Of a stretch of DNA of 64,000 nt, positions 1 to 9,275 are shown one piece after another. The stretch is from Candidatus Obscuribacteraceae bacterium (lineage in GTDB: Bacteria > Cyanobacteriota > Vampirovibrionia > Obscuribacterales > Obscuribacteraceae). Under the pieces are notes generated by a model. It saw only the letters and a list, made by a program, of their open reading frames with translations. It searched no databases and was not told where the DNA came from. Location: positions 96,001 to 160,000 of the forward strand of contig JBGAHS010000005.1 in assembly GCA_044226015.1 (NCBI GenBank). Reading direction: 5' to 3'. The position numbers and the translations under genes were made by a program. How positions within the stretch are numbered: position 1 is the stretch's first letter; every line of letters starts with the position of its first letter.

Positions 1-1
1 C

Positions 2-619
2 GGCGGCTACGGCGGTGGATGTAATCCTCCTCCTCCAGTTTGTCCTCCTCCCCCAGTTTGTCCTCCTCCAACAACTTGTCCTCCTCCTGTTTGTCCTCCT
101 CCAACTAACTGTCCTCCTCCCTACTACGGTGGCGGTGGATATGGCGGTGGCATCGGTTGTGGACCTGGCGGTTACGGTGGTGGATATGGTGGCGGCTATG
201 GGAATGGCTGCGACAACGGCGGTTATGGTGGCGGATACGGTGGTGGTTATGGCAATGGCGGCTGTCCGACCATGGGCAACGCTAGCAAGTTCGGATGCAG
301 CCCTCCTGATGGATGCTCCACTTCATTCAAAGAAAAATGGTGGTCTCAGCATGGTCGCTCTTACGATTACAATGGACCATGCGCCGGACAACAATCAGCT
401 TGCGCCAGCAATATGATGAATAACTGTGGTCCAGGAATGGGCGGCGTTATGGGTGGTGTGATCGGTGGAGCTATGGGTGGTGTCATCGGCGGTGCAATTG
501 GTTCAGGGTTTGGTGGCGCTTGCGTCCCGGTCACTCCATGTGTACCAGTGACTCCATGTGTACCAGTGACTCCCTGCGTTCCAGTAACCTGTCCTCCAGT
601 TGCTGATTGCGGGTACTAG
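2..619 (+). CDS. 5'-truncated Gly/Tyr/Cys/Pro-rich low-complexity protein
   Basis: Frame of ORF 272..619 is open back to the window start: GGYGGGCNPPPPVCPPPPVCPPPTTCPPPVCPPPTNCPPPYYGGGGYGGG..., ending (CVPVTP)x3-CVPVTCPPVADCGY-TAG. Confidence 0.8.
   Translation, partial: GGYGGGCNPPPPVCPPPPVCPPPTTCPPPVCPPPTNCPPPYYGGGGYGGGIGCGPGGYGGGYGGGYGNGCDNGGYGGGYGGGYGNGGCPTMGNASKFGCSPPDGCSTSFKEKWWSQHGRSYDYNGPCAGQQSACASNMMNNCGPGMGGVMGGVIGGAMGGVIGGAIGSGFGGACVPVTPCVPVTPCVPVTPCVPVTCPPVADCGY
521..592 (+). repeat. 18-bp coding tandem repeat (CVPVTP x4)
   Basis: tgcgtcccggtcactcca / tgtgtaccagtgactcca / tgtgtaccagtgactccc / tgcgttccagtaacctgt. Confidence 0.9.
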
Positions 620-653
620 ACATCAGATTGTTCTTTGAAAGAATAGAAGTGCA

Positions 654-2087
654 ATGAATTTTTTAGCTCGTATCGTTTTTGCGGCATTGTTTGCAATCTC
701 GAGTATCAGTGTCGCATTTGCAGATGAGGATTCTGCTCCAGACCCTAATCGTCCGATTAAAGACAAGTGGGCTGTGATTATCGGAATTGGTAGGTTCGCC
801 GACCAGACTATTCCGGCACTGAAATTTCCTGCGAAAGATGCTCAAGACCTGCGCGACTTTCTTGTCAAAAAAGGCAATTTTGCACCTGATCACATTCTCT
901 TGTTGAAAGACGAACAAGCAAGTCGCGAAAAAATCCTAGATGCCTTTGGTGATGGATGGTTGCCCCGTCGTGTAATGGAAGATGACCTAGTGGTCATATT
1001 CATTTCTTCACACGGTAGTTCTGCTGACCGGGCTGGTGAAAATTTCATCATTGCCTACGATTCAAATCCTGCGCACCCCTATTCGACCAGCATACGGCTG
1101 CAAGATCTCGCCAACGAAGTAACGCGGAGAACTGGATGTGACCGACTTGTTCTGCTATTGGATGCTTGTCACAGTGGAGCCGCCATTGCTGATGGCTCTA
1201 AGGGCTTAACTCGCTCACAATCTAATTTTGATGTGAACGCTATTACAGGAAGCGGGCAGCTTGTGATTAGTTCTAGCAAGCCCGATCAAGTGTCATGGGA
1301 GAGCAAGCGATATCCTAACGGTGTGTTTACTCACAATTTGATAGACGCTCTCCAAGTCAATGGATCTGACACCAGAATCGAAACAGCGTACAAAGAATTG
1401 AAGAAAAATGTGGAGACCGAAGTTCGATTTGACCGAGCAGAGGGACAGTCTCCCATGATGATGAGCAAATGGAAGGGAAATGAGCTGGCCCTTTGTGCGC
1501 AGCCTGCAGAGCCGCGAAAGATTCCTTTTGCACAGGACGAACCTGTCGTTGAAAACAAGATAGCAAGCGTCACGCCTTCAAATCCAAAGGTTTCTATATC
1601 CAGCGCTACTGTGTCTTCGAGCAGTTCTTCAACAGGTGGTCCCAGTAAACCTGTGAATAAAGTTCCGCCAATTCAGAGTGGCAACACTAAGATTCCTCCC
1701 TCTAACTCGTCAGGTGCTGGCACGGTTCCCCAGTGGATGAGCTCTAGCTGGCAAAATGATGGCGGAGACCCCAGTTTGGAAAAAGGCTCCAGATTGTTGC
1801 AAGCGAGTGAGCTTGCCGGTCTCCGCTTTCAGCAGCTTGAAAATATGTATAACGAACCGTATGCTCGACACGGAAGAGGTTTTCTATCGCCACGCTTACA
1901 GAGCTATTTTACTTCGCAGAAATGGTACGCAATCGATCCCACCTATCACTGGAAATCGGATGATCCCTACGTGATTTCACATCATGGACGCATTGATGAC
2001 CCGCTGGTTCTCAACGAGAAGCGAACTCCAATTCAATGGGCGAATATGAAGCTCATAAAAAGTGTAATGACGAATGCTCCCCGCTAA
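654..2087 (+). CDS. Secreted caspase-family (peptidase C14) protein with C-terminal YARHG domain
   Basis: Signal peptide; KWAVIIGI, SSHG and LLLDACHSG His/Cys dyad, NGVFT; C-terminal NEPYARHGRGF...YFTSQKWY. Confidence 0.88.
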   Translation: MNFLARIVFAALFAISSISVAFADEDSAPDPNRPIKDKWAVIIGIGRFADQTIPALKFPAKDAQDLRDFLVKKGNFAPDHILLLKDEQASREKILDAFGDGWLPRRVMEDDLVVIFISSHGSSADRAGENFIIAYDSNPAHPYSTSIRLQDLANEVTRRTGCDRLVLLLDACHSGAAIADGSKGLTRSQSNFDVNAITGSGQLVISSSKPDQVSWESKRYPNGVFTHNLIDALQVNGSDTRIETAYKELKKNVETEVRFDRAEGQSPMMMSKWKGNELALCAQPAEPRKIPFAQDEPVVENKIASVTPSNPKVSISSATVSSSSSSTGGPSKPVNKVPPIQSGNTKIPPSNSSGAGTVPQWMSSSWQNDGGDPSLEKGSRLLQASELAGLRFQQLENMYNEPYARHGRGFLSPRLQSYFTSQKWYAIDPTYHWKSDDPYVISHHGRIDDPLVLNEKRTPIQWANMKLIKSVMTNAPR

Positions 2088-2093
2088 AGAACT

Positions 2094-3287
2094 CTAGTTC
2101 TTAAGAGCCATGATAGGTATCACTTCTTCTTGAATCGGGGATGCTGCCACCACAACCTTTCCTTCTCCAACAAAGACGTCAATTTCGCTTCGGATGCCAA
2201 ACTCCTTCAAGTAAACACCTGGTTCGATAGAGAAGCAGGTGTTGGGAAGTACTCGACGTTCTTCCTTCGTTTCCAGATTGTCCATGTTTGCGCCATTTGC
2301 GTGGACTTCCAATCCGATAGAGTGTCCGGTTCTATGGATGAAATAATCGCCAAATCCCTTACTTGCGATAAAGTTTCTCGCGGCGTCGTCTACTTCCCAG
2401 CCAAATAGTGTTTGACCATTTGTGATGCGTTCTTTTACTAGATTTAGCGCGGCATCTCTGCCACCACTGACGACATCAAAAATTTCTTTGTATTTTTCTG
2501 GAACTGTGTCACCTACGAAACCTGTCCATGTGATATCAGCATAAGTGGCATTTTGTGGTTCTTTCAGCTTTGCCCAGAGATCAATCAATACGAAGTCTCC
2601 GTTCTTGATTTCAGCGTGTTCTTTCTCGTCTGGAGTATAGTGTGGCATTCCACTGTTGGAGTTAACTGCAACTATTGGTCTTGCGTTGCTAATCATTCCC
2701 AACTCGTCAAAACGTTTCCAGATGAATTCCTGCACTTGAAACTCTGTAAGTTTCTCGCCTTTATTCAACGCGCCTTTAATCATGTTGAACGCTTCAAAAA
2801 CAATATTTTTCAGATTGATGCAAGCCTTGATGTGGCTGTCGAGTTGTCCTTCTGACCAGACTGCCTCAAATCGCGAAACCAGGTCAGCCGCGCTTACTAC
2901 TTCTTTTCCAAAAGAGCGAATAAGCTCAAGTGTTCCTGCGTCGACCCGCGAAACATAAGGAACAGCGTTTCGAGGTGAATATTGCATTGCAATCTTCTTG
3001 CAATTTCCGATTACTTTTGGCAGCTGCTCTTCTAGTTGCTTCCAGCCAAGGTAAACGTGCTTCTCTCCTGGCAGTGTGTCCAGCGCGTCTTCTTCAATTC
3101 GATGCACTAATTTGCGTGGCTCACCTTCTTTTGGAATTAGATAGAACCATCTTCGAGTGAAGTGTCCACCAGTTAAGTTCAGGATTCTGAGCGCCAAGTC
3201 ATCATTATCGTGGAAAAAGTAAAACAACCATCCGTCGATATTTTCTGCCGCGATAGCTCTTTGAATTGCCGCTATATCAGGTTTCAT
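2094..3287 (-). CDS. M24 family metallopeptidase (Xaa-Pro aminopeptidase)
   Basis: LIDLW, YADITWT, HRTGHSIG, SIEPGVY, GIRSEIDV metal-ligand motifs. Confidence 0.93.
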   Translation of the reverse strand: MKPDIAAIQRAIAAENIDGWLFYFFHDNDDLALRILNLTGGHFTRRWFYLIPKEGEPRKLVHRIEEDALDTLPGEKHVYLGWKQLEEQLPKVIGNCKKIAMQYSPRNAVPYVSRVDAGTLELIRSFGKEVVSAADLVSRFEAVWSEGQLDSHIKACINLKNIVFEAFNMIKGALNKGEKLTEFQVQEFIWKRFDELGMISNARPIVAVNSNSGMPHYTPDEKEHAEIKNGDFVLIDLWAKLKEPQNATYADITWTGFVGDTVPEKYKEIFDVVSGGRDAALNLVKERITNGQTLFGWEVDDAARNFIASKGFGDYFIHRTGHSIGLEVHANGANMDNLETKEERRVLPNTCFSIEPGVYLKEFGIRSEIDVFVGEGKVVVAASPIQEEVIPIMALKN

Positions 3288-3432
3288 CTCACAAACTCCA
3301 AAAGGTTTCAGAATTCTACCGCACTCGTGCCTCTTGTTTGCTGAAGCGGATCTAGAGAAATAATGAAGCTGTTAAATGCCTAAGTTTGCCGAAGGGTTTA
3401 TAATACAAGTCTCTTCTGAAACGGGGGCTGGA

Positions 3433-4386
3433 ATGCGCTTTCTGACTGGTTTTATTGCGTTGATCATCTTCTTAGCATCGAGCGCGCCTGCTGCTGTCTC
3501 TCGACAACTCGTAATATACAAGTCTCATGACTACATTTCGCGAAACTATCAGGTGCAAAACTTCACAGACACTCTTGCTCTTCAACCTGGACAGGAGACG
3601 CTTCCACTTGTTATGACAATCTATAATGGGTCGCCTGAAGTTCCTTCATTCAAATGGTTTCGCATAATGGTTAATGGCGAAATTCTTGCCACTGAAAAAG
3701 ACATGCTGGGTCGGGAAGCTGCCAGCAAAGATGTTAGCGGATTAATTCGAGGTTCAAACCTTCAGGTGCAGATCGAGGCTGGTGGCGTCCCTGGTGCGAA
3801 TTTGTGGTGGACTCTGGAAACATCGCAAATGGAACTCAGTTACGTTGAACCTAACAGTGTAATGCAGGGTGAAACCGTCAAGCTATTAGGTAGCAACTTT
3901 CCGAGTGATCCAGCCGGGCTCACCGTGACACTCAACGGCAAGGCAGCTACCGTTCTTTCCGCAAGTCCAAATACCCTGCTAGTGCAGGTTCCAAAAAGTG
4001 CCGAACTTGGCGTTAATCATGTAGAGGTTCGTTCTAACGGAGTGACCACCAGTCCTGTTTCGCTGAGCATTATGTCTCGACCATTGCCAGAGATTATGGG
4101 AGTTGACTGCTGGATGGCACCACCGGGAGGAACGATCAATATATCGGGAAGAAATTTTTCGCCAGACGCCGGTGCCAACAAGGTATTCTTCGGATCTGTG
4201 CCCGGTCAAGTTAGCTCCTCTACCGGTACTTCAATGGCAGTAATTGTGCCGAATTGGTCATACGGACCCAGCCAGCTTAATATTCCAATTTCGGTTGAGG
4301 TGAACGGTGTTCGTTCTGCAAACACGTTTCCCTTCGACATTGGTCCTATGTATCATGGCGCCGTACCTCAGTTCGGTCACGACTAA
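3433..4386 (+). CDS. Secreted IPT/TIG-domain protein
   Basis: Signal peptide from ATG 3433; two IPT-like repeats (GETVKLLGSNF...LLVQVP; GGTINISGRNF...MAVIVP). Confidence 0.75.
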   Translation: MRFLTGFIALIIFLASSAPAAVSRQLVIYKSHDYISRNYQVQNFTDTLALQPGQETLPLVMTIYNGSPEVPSFKWFRIMVNGEILATEKDMLGREAASKDVSGLIRGSNLQVQIEAGGVPGANLWWTLETSQMELSYVEPNSVMQGETVKLLGSNFPSDPAGLTVTLNGKAATVLSASPNTLLVQVPKSAELGVNHVEVRSNGVTTSPVSLSIMSRPLPEIMGVDCWMAPPGGTINISGRNFSPDAGANKVFFGSVPGQVSSSTGTSMAVIVPNWSYGPSQLNIPISVEVNGVRSANTFPFDIGPMYHGAVPQFGHD

Positions 4387-4388
4387 AA

Positions 4389-5090
4389 ATGCAAACGCGC
4401 TGCCCATTCATTGAATGTTCAAAAATAATTGACATCGACGACGAGCACGAATTTCTAACTATCAATTGCCTTGACTGTAAGCGCGACTTCACAGCGCGCA
4501 GCCTGGCTCGACATTTGGAAATAGATAAGCAGGTCGCTAAACACAGAACTGCAAGCACTCATGCCGATGCCTTTTTTGGTGCGTCGCACGATGATCTGCC
4601 AGAGTTGCTTTCAGTTTTGGAAGAGATTCGAAGTCTCTGGAATGTCGGGTCTATTTTTAGAAGCTCTGACGGGGCAGGCTTTTCGCACCTCTTTCTGGTT
4701 GGCATCACCGGCTGCCCCCCACGAAAGGAGATTGCAAAAACAAGCCTGGGTGCTGAAGATCATGTCATCTGGAATTACACTGGTAACTCTGTTGAAGTTA
4801 TTCGCCAGCTAAAAAAGATGAACTATCAAATTGTTGGTTTAGAGAAGACCAACGATAGCAAGCCGTTGAGCGAAGTCATTAGCGCTGGAAGTTTGCGGAA
4901 ACCCCTCTGTCTTGTTGTAGGAAGCGAAACGAAAGGAATCTACCGCGAGACCCTCGACTTATGCGATATAGTCGCTGACCTGCCGATGCGCGGATTTAAA
5001 GAATCTCTAAATGTGGCTGTTGCTTTCGGAATAGCGTCTTATGCCATAGCCGAGCATTTCGATGGAGTTATTAGCGCTGATGGCAAGTAG
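4389..5090 (+). CDS. TrmH/SpoU family RNA methyltransferase with N-terminal Cys-pair (zinc-ribbon-like) extension
   Basis: NVGSIFRS, LVVGSETKGI, ESLNVAVA SPOUT motifs; N-terminal CPFIEC...CLDC. Confidence 0.9.
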   Translation: MQTRCPFIECSKIIDIDDEHEFLTINCLDCKRDFTARSLARHLEIDKQVAKHRTASTHADAFFGASHDDLPELLSVLEEIRSLWNVGSIFRSSDGAGFSHLFLVGITGCPPRKEIAKTSLGAEDHVIWNYTGNSVEVIRQLKKMNYQIVGLEKTNDSKPLSEVISAGSLRKPLCLVVGSETKGIYRETLDLCDIVADLPMRGFKESLNVAVAFGIASYAIAEHFDGVISADGK

Positions 5091-5141
5091 TTGCGAATCG
5101 TGCGATAATCCACCTCATTAGTCTTTTGACAGGAAGCAATC

Positions 5142-5882
5142 ATGCAAAGAAATAAAAGAACGGAATACTCAATAGTCGCTTTTTCCCTTGCTTTAGCCTC
5201 AAGTTTTGCTTTGGCACCATCATTTGCTGCTGATTCGGACTGCCAAAATCTTATCGCTGACGCAGCGGCTTCTTCGAGTGCTGCTCCGAGTGCTGCTCCG
5301 AGTGCTGGTACTGCATCTGGTGGCGACTCAAGTACAGCTGTTGTGGCGACTCTCAAGTCAGAGCAACAACAACTGCGCCGTATGGGTGAGGCAATTAAGC
5401 GCACTCGCCGCGCCGCAAGTGACATTCTCCAGGAATGTACTCAACCTGTGGAGATGATGGGTGAAATAGATATTATCGGTCAAGACGTAATTCCAATCAT
5501 GCCTGCTACTTCTGAAGGTTTCGGCAACAACTACATGCCGCCAAGACCGAAGTACATCAATCTGCATATGGCTCAACTAGATGCCCTAATTCCAATTCTG
5601 AAAGACGACATGAATACACTCGCGATTCCAGATGTGGAAAAAGACTTCGCGAAGCAACCTATGGAAGATCTTTACGGCAACTATTCGGATTTTCAAAAGC
5701 TCTACGCAACGCTTATCACTCTGACGAAAGATAAAGTTGATTACAATGTGCAAGAGCTGATGAGCACTGCCCACGGTATCGACTCAACTTGCAAGGGTAT
5801 GGACGCAGCAAGAAAGAAGCTGCTTCATGAAGAGTCCAAAGCCGAGAAGCAAGAACAAAAACTCGAGAAAGAAAAGAAGTAA
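5142..5882 (+). CDS. Secreted hypothetical protein
   Basis: 246-aa ORF, AGGA RBS, signal peptide ending PSFA, helical composition. Confidence 0.75.
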   Translation: MQRNKRTEYSIVAFSLALASSFALAPSFAADSDCQNLIADAAASSSAAPSAAPSAGTASGGDSSTAVVATLKSEQQQLRRMGEAIKRTRRAASDILQECTQPVEMMGEIDIIGQDVIPIMPATSEGFGNNYMPPRPKYINLHMAQLDALIPILKDDMNTLAIPDVEKDFAKQPMEDLYGNYSDFQKLYATLITLTKDKVDYNVQELMSTAHGIDSTCKGMDAARKKLLHEESKAEKQEQKLEKEKK

Positions 5883-5941
5883 ACCGCTGCCGCAAATGCT
5901 GCCGGTTTACATTCGATGAGAATAATGCGGTGCCGTTCCGC

Positions 5942-5980
5942 AAAAAAAGAAAGGGAAGACAATGAAGTCTTCCCTTTTTA
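5942..5980. terminator. Bidirectional intrinsic terminator
   Basis: aaagggaagac-aatgaa-gtcttcccttt stem flanked by A and T tracts, between convergent genes. Confidence 0.85.
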
Positions 5981-5999
5981 CTGATTCGAGAACCAGAGC

Positions 6000-7526
6000 C
6001 TATAGCTTGATTTTTGCGAGTCCTGCTTTTGCAAGCTCAGCCAATTTTCCTTGCGGAACAAGCGTCAGAACCTGATTATAATCCTTCGCTGCTTCCGGAT
6101 AACGACGCATTCTCACATACACAACTGCTCGTGTATAAAACGCCTGCGGATTATTCGGTTGCTTCTTAATTTCCTTCGTCAGCAAATCCACGCCGTCCTG
6201 GTATTTGCCTGAATTCATGAGGCTGATAGCTTCACGCAAAGGATTGTAAGGAGCGTATTTGACCTCTTCCTTCTTTTCGTCTTTCTTGTCGGAATCCTTC
6301 TTATCTTTGTCGTCTTTCTTATCGGAATCCTTCTTATCTTTGTCGTCTTTCTTGTCGGAATCCTTCTTGTCTTTATCGTCTTTCTTGTCGGAATCCTTCT
6401 TGTCTTTATCGTCTTTCTTGTCGGAATCCTTCTTGTCTTTGTCGTCTTTCTTGTCGGACTCGTCCTTCTTGTCCTTGTCTTTATCCTTGTCGTCCTTCTT
6501 GTCGGCTTCGTCCTTCTTGTCTTTGTCTTCGCCCTCTTTCTTTTCGCCGCTTCCTTCTTTCTTTTCTTCGGTTCCTTCTTTAGTTCCTTCCTTTTTATCT
6601 CCGCCAATTACAGAGTTGATGCCAGGAAGACCGACCGCGTCGGCTTGAATAGGAAGTTGTGGTGTTCCAAAAGGAAGCGAGGATGTTCCAGGTTGTCGCC
6701 CTGGTTCACTTGAATCATCGCCGAGATTTTTCTGAATTGCTTCGGGGAATTGAGGTGTTTTGTTTGGCGAAGGATATTGAGGTTGCTGTTGAAACAACCC
6801 TTTCAAATAATTGGTTTTATCCGATGAGTCCTTTTCTGGAGGCGCATAGGGATCCTTCCATGTGGTTTGATAGATAGTCGAAGCTTCACCGGGGCTTCGC
6901 CCTGGAACAGAGCTGTCACTGCCCAGGTGGCTTGGTATTGCTTCTGGAAATTGCTGAGTTGTTCCTGGTGTTGGATACTGAGGTTGTTGTTGAAACAGTC
7001 CCTTAATTGGATTTACGGGAGTGATCTTCTCGTCTTTCTTGGTCTCGTAGGGATCTTTCCACTGCGTTTGGAAAACAGTTCCAGCTGTACCCGGGTTGCG
7101 CCCGGTTACATCGCTGTCTTTGCCCATGTTAGGCGATACTGCTTCGGGAAACATCTGGGTTGTTCCGGGGGTCGGATATTGCGGCTGCATCTGAAACAAA
7201 CCCTTTAACGGGTTCACTGGAGTGAACTCCTCGGGCTTAGCAGGTGTGCTGCCGCTTGGTACCGCCGATGGTAGTGCGGTTGCCGATGGCGCTGCTGGAC
7301 CACTCGATGGTGTGCTGGCAGCTGCAGGCGAAGATTTTTCGGATTCGAAAAGAGGTTTGCTCTCAGAGGGGGTGAATAATGGTGAGTCGCCGAATAACGA
7401 CTTACTAGAGGCATCAGAACCTTCATCGGCCATCACAGCTGCTGTCGAAGCTATAAGCCCAAGTGTCATGCTAAGAACCAGAGATTCTCTAAGCAATCTG
7501 CCTTTATTGCGTCGAACCAAACCCAT
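6000..7526 (-). CDS. Secreted repeat protein with Lys/Asp-rich linker and C-terminal TPR
   Basis: Signal peptide; three KGLFQxQPQYP repeats; (DSDKKDDKDKK)n; TPR PNNPQAFYTRAVVYVRMRRYPEAAKDYNQVL. Confidence 0.85.
   Translation of the reverse strand: MGLVRRNKGRLLRESLVLSMTLGLIASTAAVMADEGSDASSKSLFGDSPLFTPSESKPLFESEKSSPAAASTPSSGPAAPSATALPSAVPSGSTPAKPEEFTPVNPLKGLFQMQPQYPTPGTTQMFPEAVSPNMGKDSDVTGRNPGTAGTVFQTQWKDPYETKKDEKITPVNPIKGLFQQQPQYPTPGTTQQFPEAIPSHLGSDSSVPGRSPGEASTIYQTTWKDPYAPPEKDSSDKTNYLKGLFQQQPQYPSPNKTPQFPEAIQKNLGDDSSEPGRQPGTSSLPFGTPQLPIQADAVGLPGINSVIGGDKKEGTKEGTEEKKEGSGEKKEGEDKDKKDEADKKDDKDKDKDKKDESDKKDDKDKKDSDKKDDKDKKDSDKKDDKDKKDSDKKDDKDKKDSDKKDDKDKKDSDKKDEKKEEVKYAPYNPLREAISLMNSGKYQDGVDLLTKEIKKQPNNPQAFYTRAVVYVRMRRYPEAAKDYNQVLTLVPQGKLAELAKAGLAKIKL
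6278..6460. repeat. 33-bp coding tandem repeat, about 5.5 copies
   Basis: Unit tcgtctttcttgtcggaatccttcttrtctttr encoding DSDKKDDKDKK on the minus strand. Confidence 0.9.
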
Positions 7527-7791
7527 ACTGGAACCCCCAAAGATGCAAAGATTAACTGTTGTTAGTTTTCTTATTCAAGCGTACCGTTTAGGAGGTCATC
7601 TCGGCAAGGTGAAACGGCAAACTCTTTGCTAAATCACGCTGTTGTTACATTTGTAGCCGAGAGATTTCCTAATCGTATTTCACCCATTTTTGCCTTAATT
7701 CAATAGAAATAAGTATTGATTTTTCTAGTTGTCATGTGAGAATAAGGCTGGAATCATAGTTTTTGACAGCATTTAGATGAAGGAAGTCATC

Positions 7792-8454
7792 ATGAAAGCA
7801 AATTATCTCTGCGTGGCACTCATTTTGGGGATGTTTGCGAGTTGCAGCACAGTGTATGCTCAGCAGTTCTGGTACGTTCCTCACATCGATGAGGCAAAAA
7901 CGCCAGTAGAGCAGGTTTTACAGACTGATCTGGCAATGCCAGGTTTTGGAATCGGTTCCACAAGAGCGCAGCTCATCAAGCGATTTCAGTATTCTCTAGA
8001 GCATAAGTGGCTATCTGCAACCCAGGTCGAGCAATTTTGCAACGAGTTGAAGACGATCACCGACCGCGAGCAGGGGCAGCGTGATGATGGTGGAAAGCTC
8101 AGTTTTGAGTCGCGAGTGTCTCTGGCGAAACAACTCAATGAGTTGAATGATCGTTTTGAAGAACAAGTTTTAGTGCGCGAGCAGTCTAATCCCGGTTTAG
8201 ATGGACTGAGAGCTCGTCGAGCCATGATGATTCAGCGTGTGAATCGTGCTGTGGGAGACGGGAAGCTTACCTCACGGAAAGCAATTGAGCTGAAGGAAGA
8301 GATTTCTGCTGCGACTTCAGAGCTTCCAGAGAAAGATATTACTGATGATGCTGCAAAGAAGGTTTCCGCTGCATTGAGCGCAATCAACAACAACATCGAA
8401 GGACAATTGCGTCCGCCATCTGTAGCCAATAAGCCAGTGCCTTTCACGCGCTAA
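7792..8454 (+). CDS. Secreted hypothetical protein
   Basis: AAGGA RBS before ATG 7792; signal peptide ending VYA; helical repeats. Confidence 0.75.
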   Translation: MKANYLCVALILGMFASCSTVYAQQFWYVPHIDEAKTPVEQVLQTDLAMPGFGIGSTRAQLIKRFQYSLEHKWLSATQVEQFCNELKTITDREQGQRDDGGKLSFESRVSLAKQLNELNDRFEEQVLVREQSNPGLDGLRARRAMMIQRVNRAVGDGKLTSRKAIELKEEISAATSELPEKDITDDAAKKVSAALSAINNNIEGQLRPPSVANKPVPFTR

Positions 8455-8561
8455 AGTTTCAGTTCGCATCACAAATTTGTCACTGCACTCAAGTTCTCAT
8501 TTAAGAAAACCGAGTGTATATCTGGCGTATACGCAAACCCTTGCTCTAGCTCTCCGACCCG

Positions 8562-8678
8562 GAGTTTGGAGAAAATCTTCGCGCCTTTTGGCGGCAGAAA
8601 AACCATAGAACTCAAACGGTACCGGTCGAGTTTGAGAAAATCTTCGCGCCACTTGGCGGCAGAAAAACCATGGAACTC
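8562..8678. repeat. Two about 52-nt intergenic direct repeats, each an imperfect hairpin (candidate structured RNA)
   Basis: 8562-8613 gagtttggagaaaatcttcgcgccttttggcggcagaaaaaccatagaactc; 8628-8678 gagtttgagaaaatcttcgcgccacttggcggcagaaaaaccatggaactc. Confidence 0.85.
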
Positions 8679-8681
8679 CTC

Positions 8682-8713
8682 AAAAAGAAAGGGTAGCTTT
8701 CGCTACCCTCTTT
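8682..8713. terminator. Intrinsic terminator (GAAA tetraloop on minus strand, probably bidirectional)
   Basis: agggtagc-tttc-gctaccct; minus strand continues ttcttttt, plus strand continues ctttatt. Confidence 0.8.
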
Positions 8714-8772
8714 ATTCCGTAAACAGGCGCGATTTCGCGTTGACGCCTGGTTATGGAAATTCTTTTGGACGA

Positions 8773-9087
8773 TTAGTTAGCCAATGAAGCTGGGCTCGGT
8801 ACTACAGCGGCTGTAGCAAATGGCATTTCTGCTGCTGCTGCCTCTGTCTTAGTCTCCGCCAATTTGAGCAAGTCAGAGACTGACAAGCCCAATCCGAGAG
8901 CAAGTCTGAACAAGCTTCTCAGAGATAAATTGCGGCGACCTGCTTCAATATCACTTATGTAAGTTCTGTGTAGATCGGCCCGATTTCCAAGCTCTTCTTG
9001 AGATACGCCCAAACTAATTCTGCGTTCTCTGATTGCCCTTGAAATCGCGACTGTCAGCAAAGAAGATGCATCTGCTGCTCTAGCCAT
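8773..9087 (-). CDS. XRE-family helix-turn-helix transcriptional regulator
   Basis: IRERRISLGVSQEELGNRADLHRTYISDIEAGRRNLSL; GGAGG RBS before ATG 9087. Confidence 0.92.
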   Translation of the reverse strand: MARAADASSLLTVAISRAIRERRISLGVSQEELGNRADLHRTYISDIEAGRRNLSLRSLFRLALGLGLSVSDLLKLAETKTEAAAAEMPFATAAVVPSPASLAN

Positions 9088-9228
9088 CGCGTTTCCCTCC
9101 ATACCATGGGATATTTCACTTCGCATAATTGCGAACATGATTGCAGTCTACAAAGCGTACGTGAATAGAAAGTGAATTTTCAATGGAAAAAATGGAGAAA
9201 CTATGGAGAAGATCTGCATATAGTGATC

Positions 9229-9257
9229 TTGACATCGGGTTTTGATCTATCTATTCT
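9229..9257 (+). promoter_or_regulatory. Sigma70-type promoter
   Basis: TTGACA-17 bp-TATTCT just upstream of CDS 9276. Confidence 0.7.
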
Positions 9258-9275
9258 CTACCTTAAGTACTTTTG

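Noticed and set aside
15..416. 133-aa Leu/Val-rich ORF in the track
   Set aside because: Off-frame shadow of the Gly/Cys/Pro repeat gene in frame 2
6215..6648. Arg/Lys/Thr-rich and Ser/Phe/Leu-rich ORFs; 33-bp periodicity as a possible CRISPR
   Set aside because: Alternate frames of the coding Lys/Asp tandem repeat; no unique spacers
8562..8678. CRISPR mini-array, or the 73-aa ORF 8566..8787
   Set aside because: Only two 52-nt units with a 14-nt gap and no cas genes; an indel between the copies breaks frame conservation
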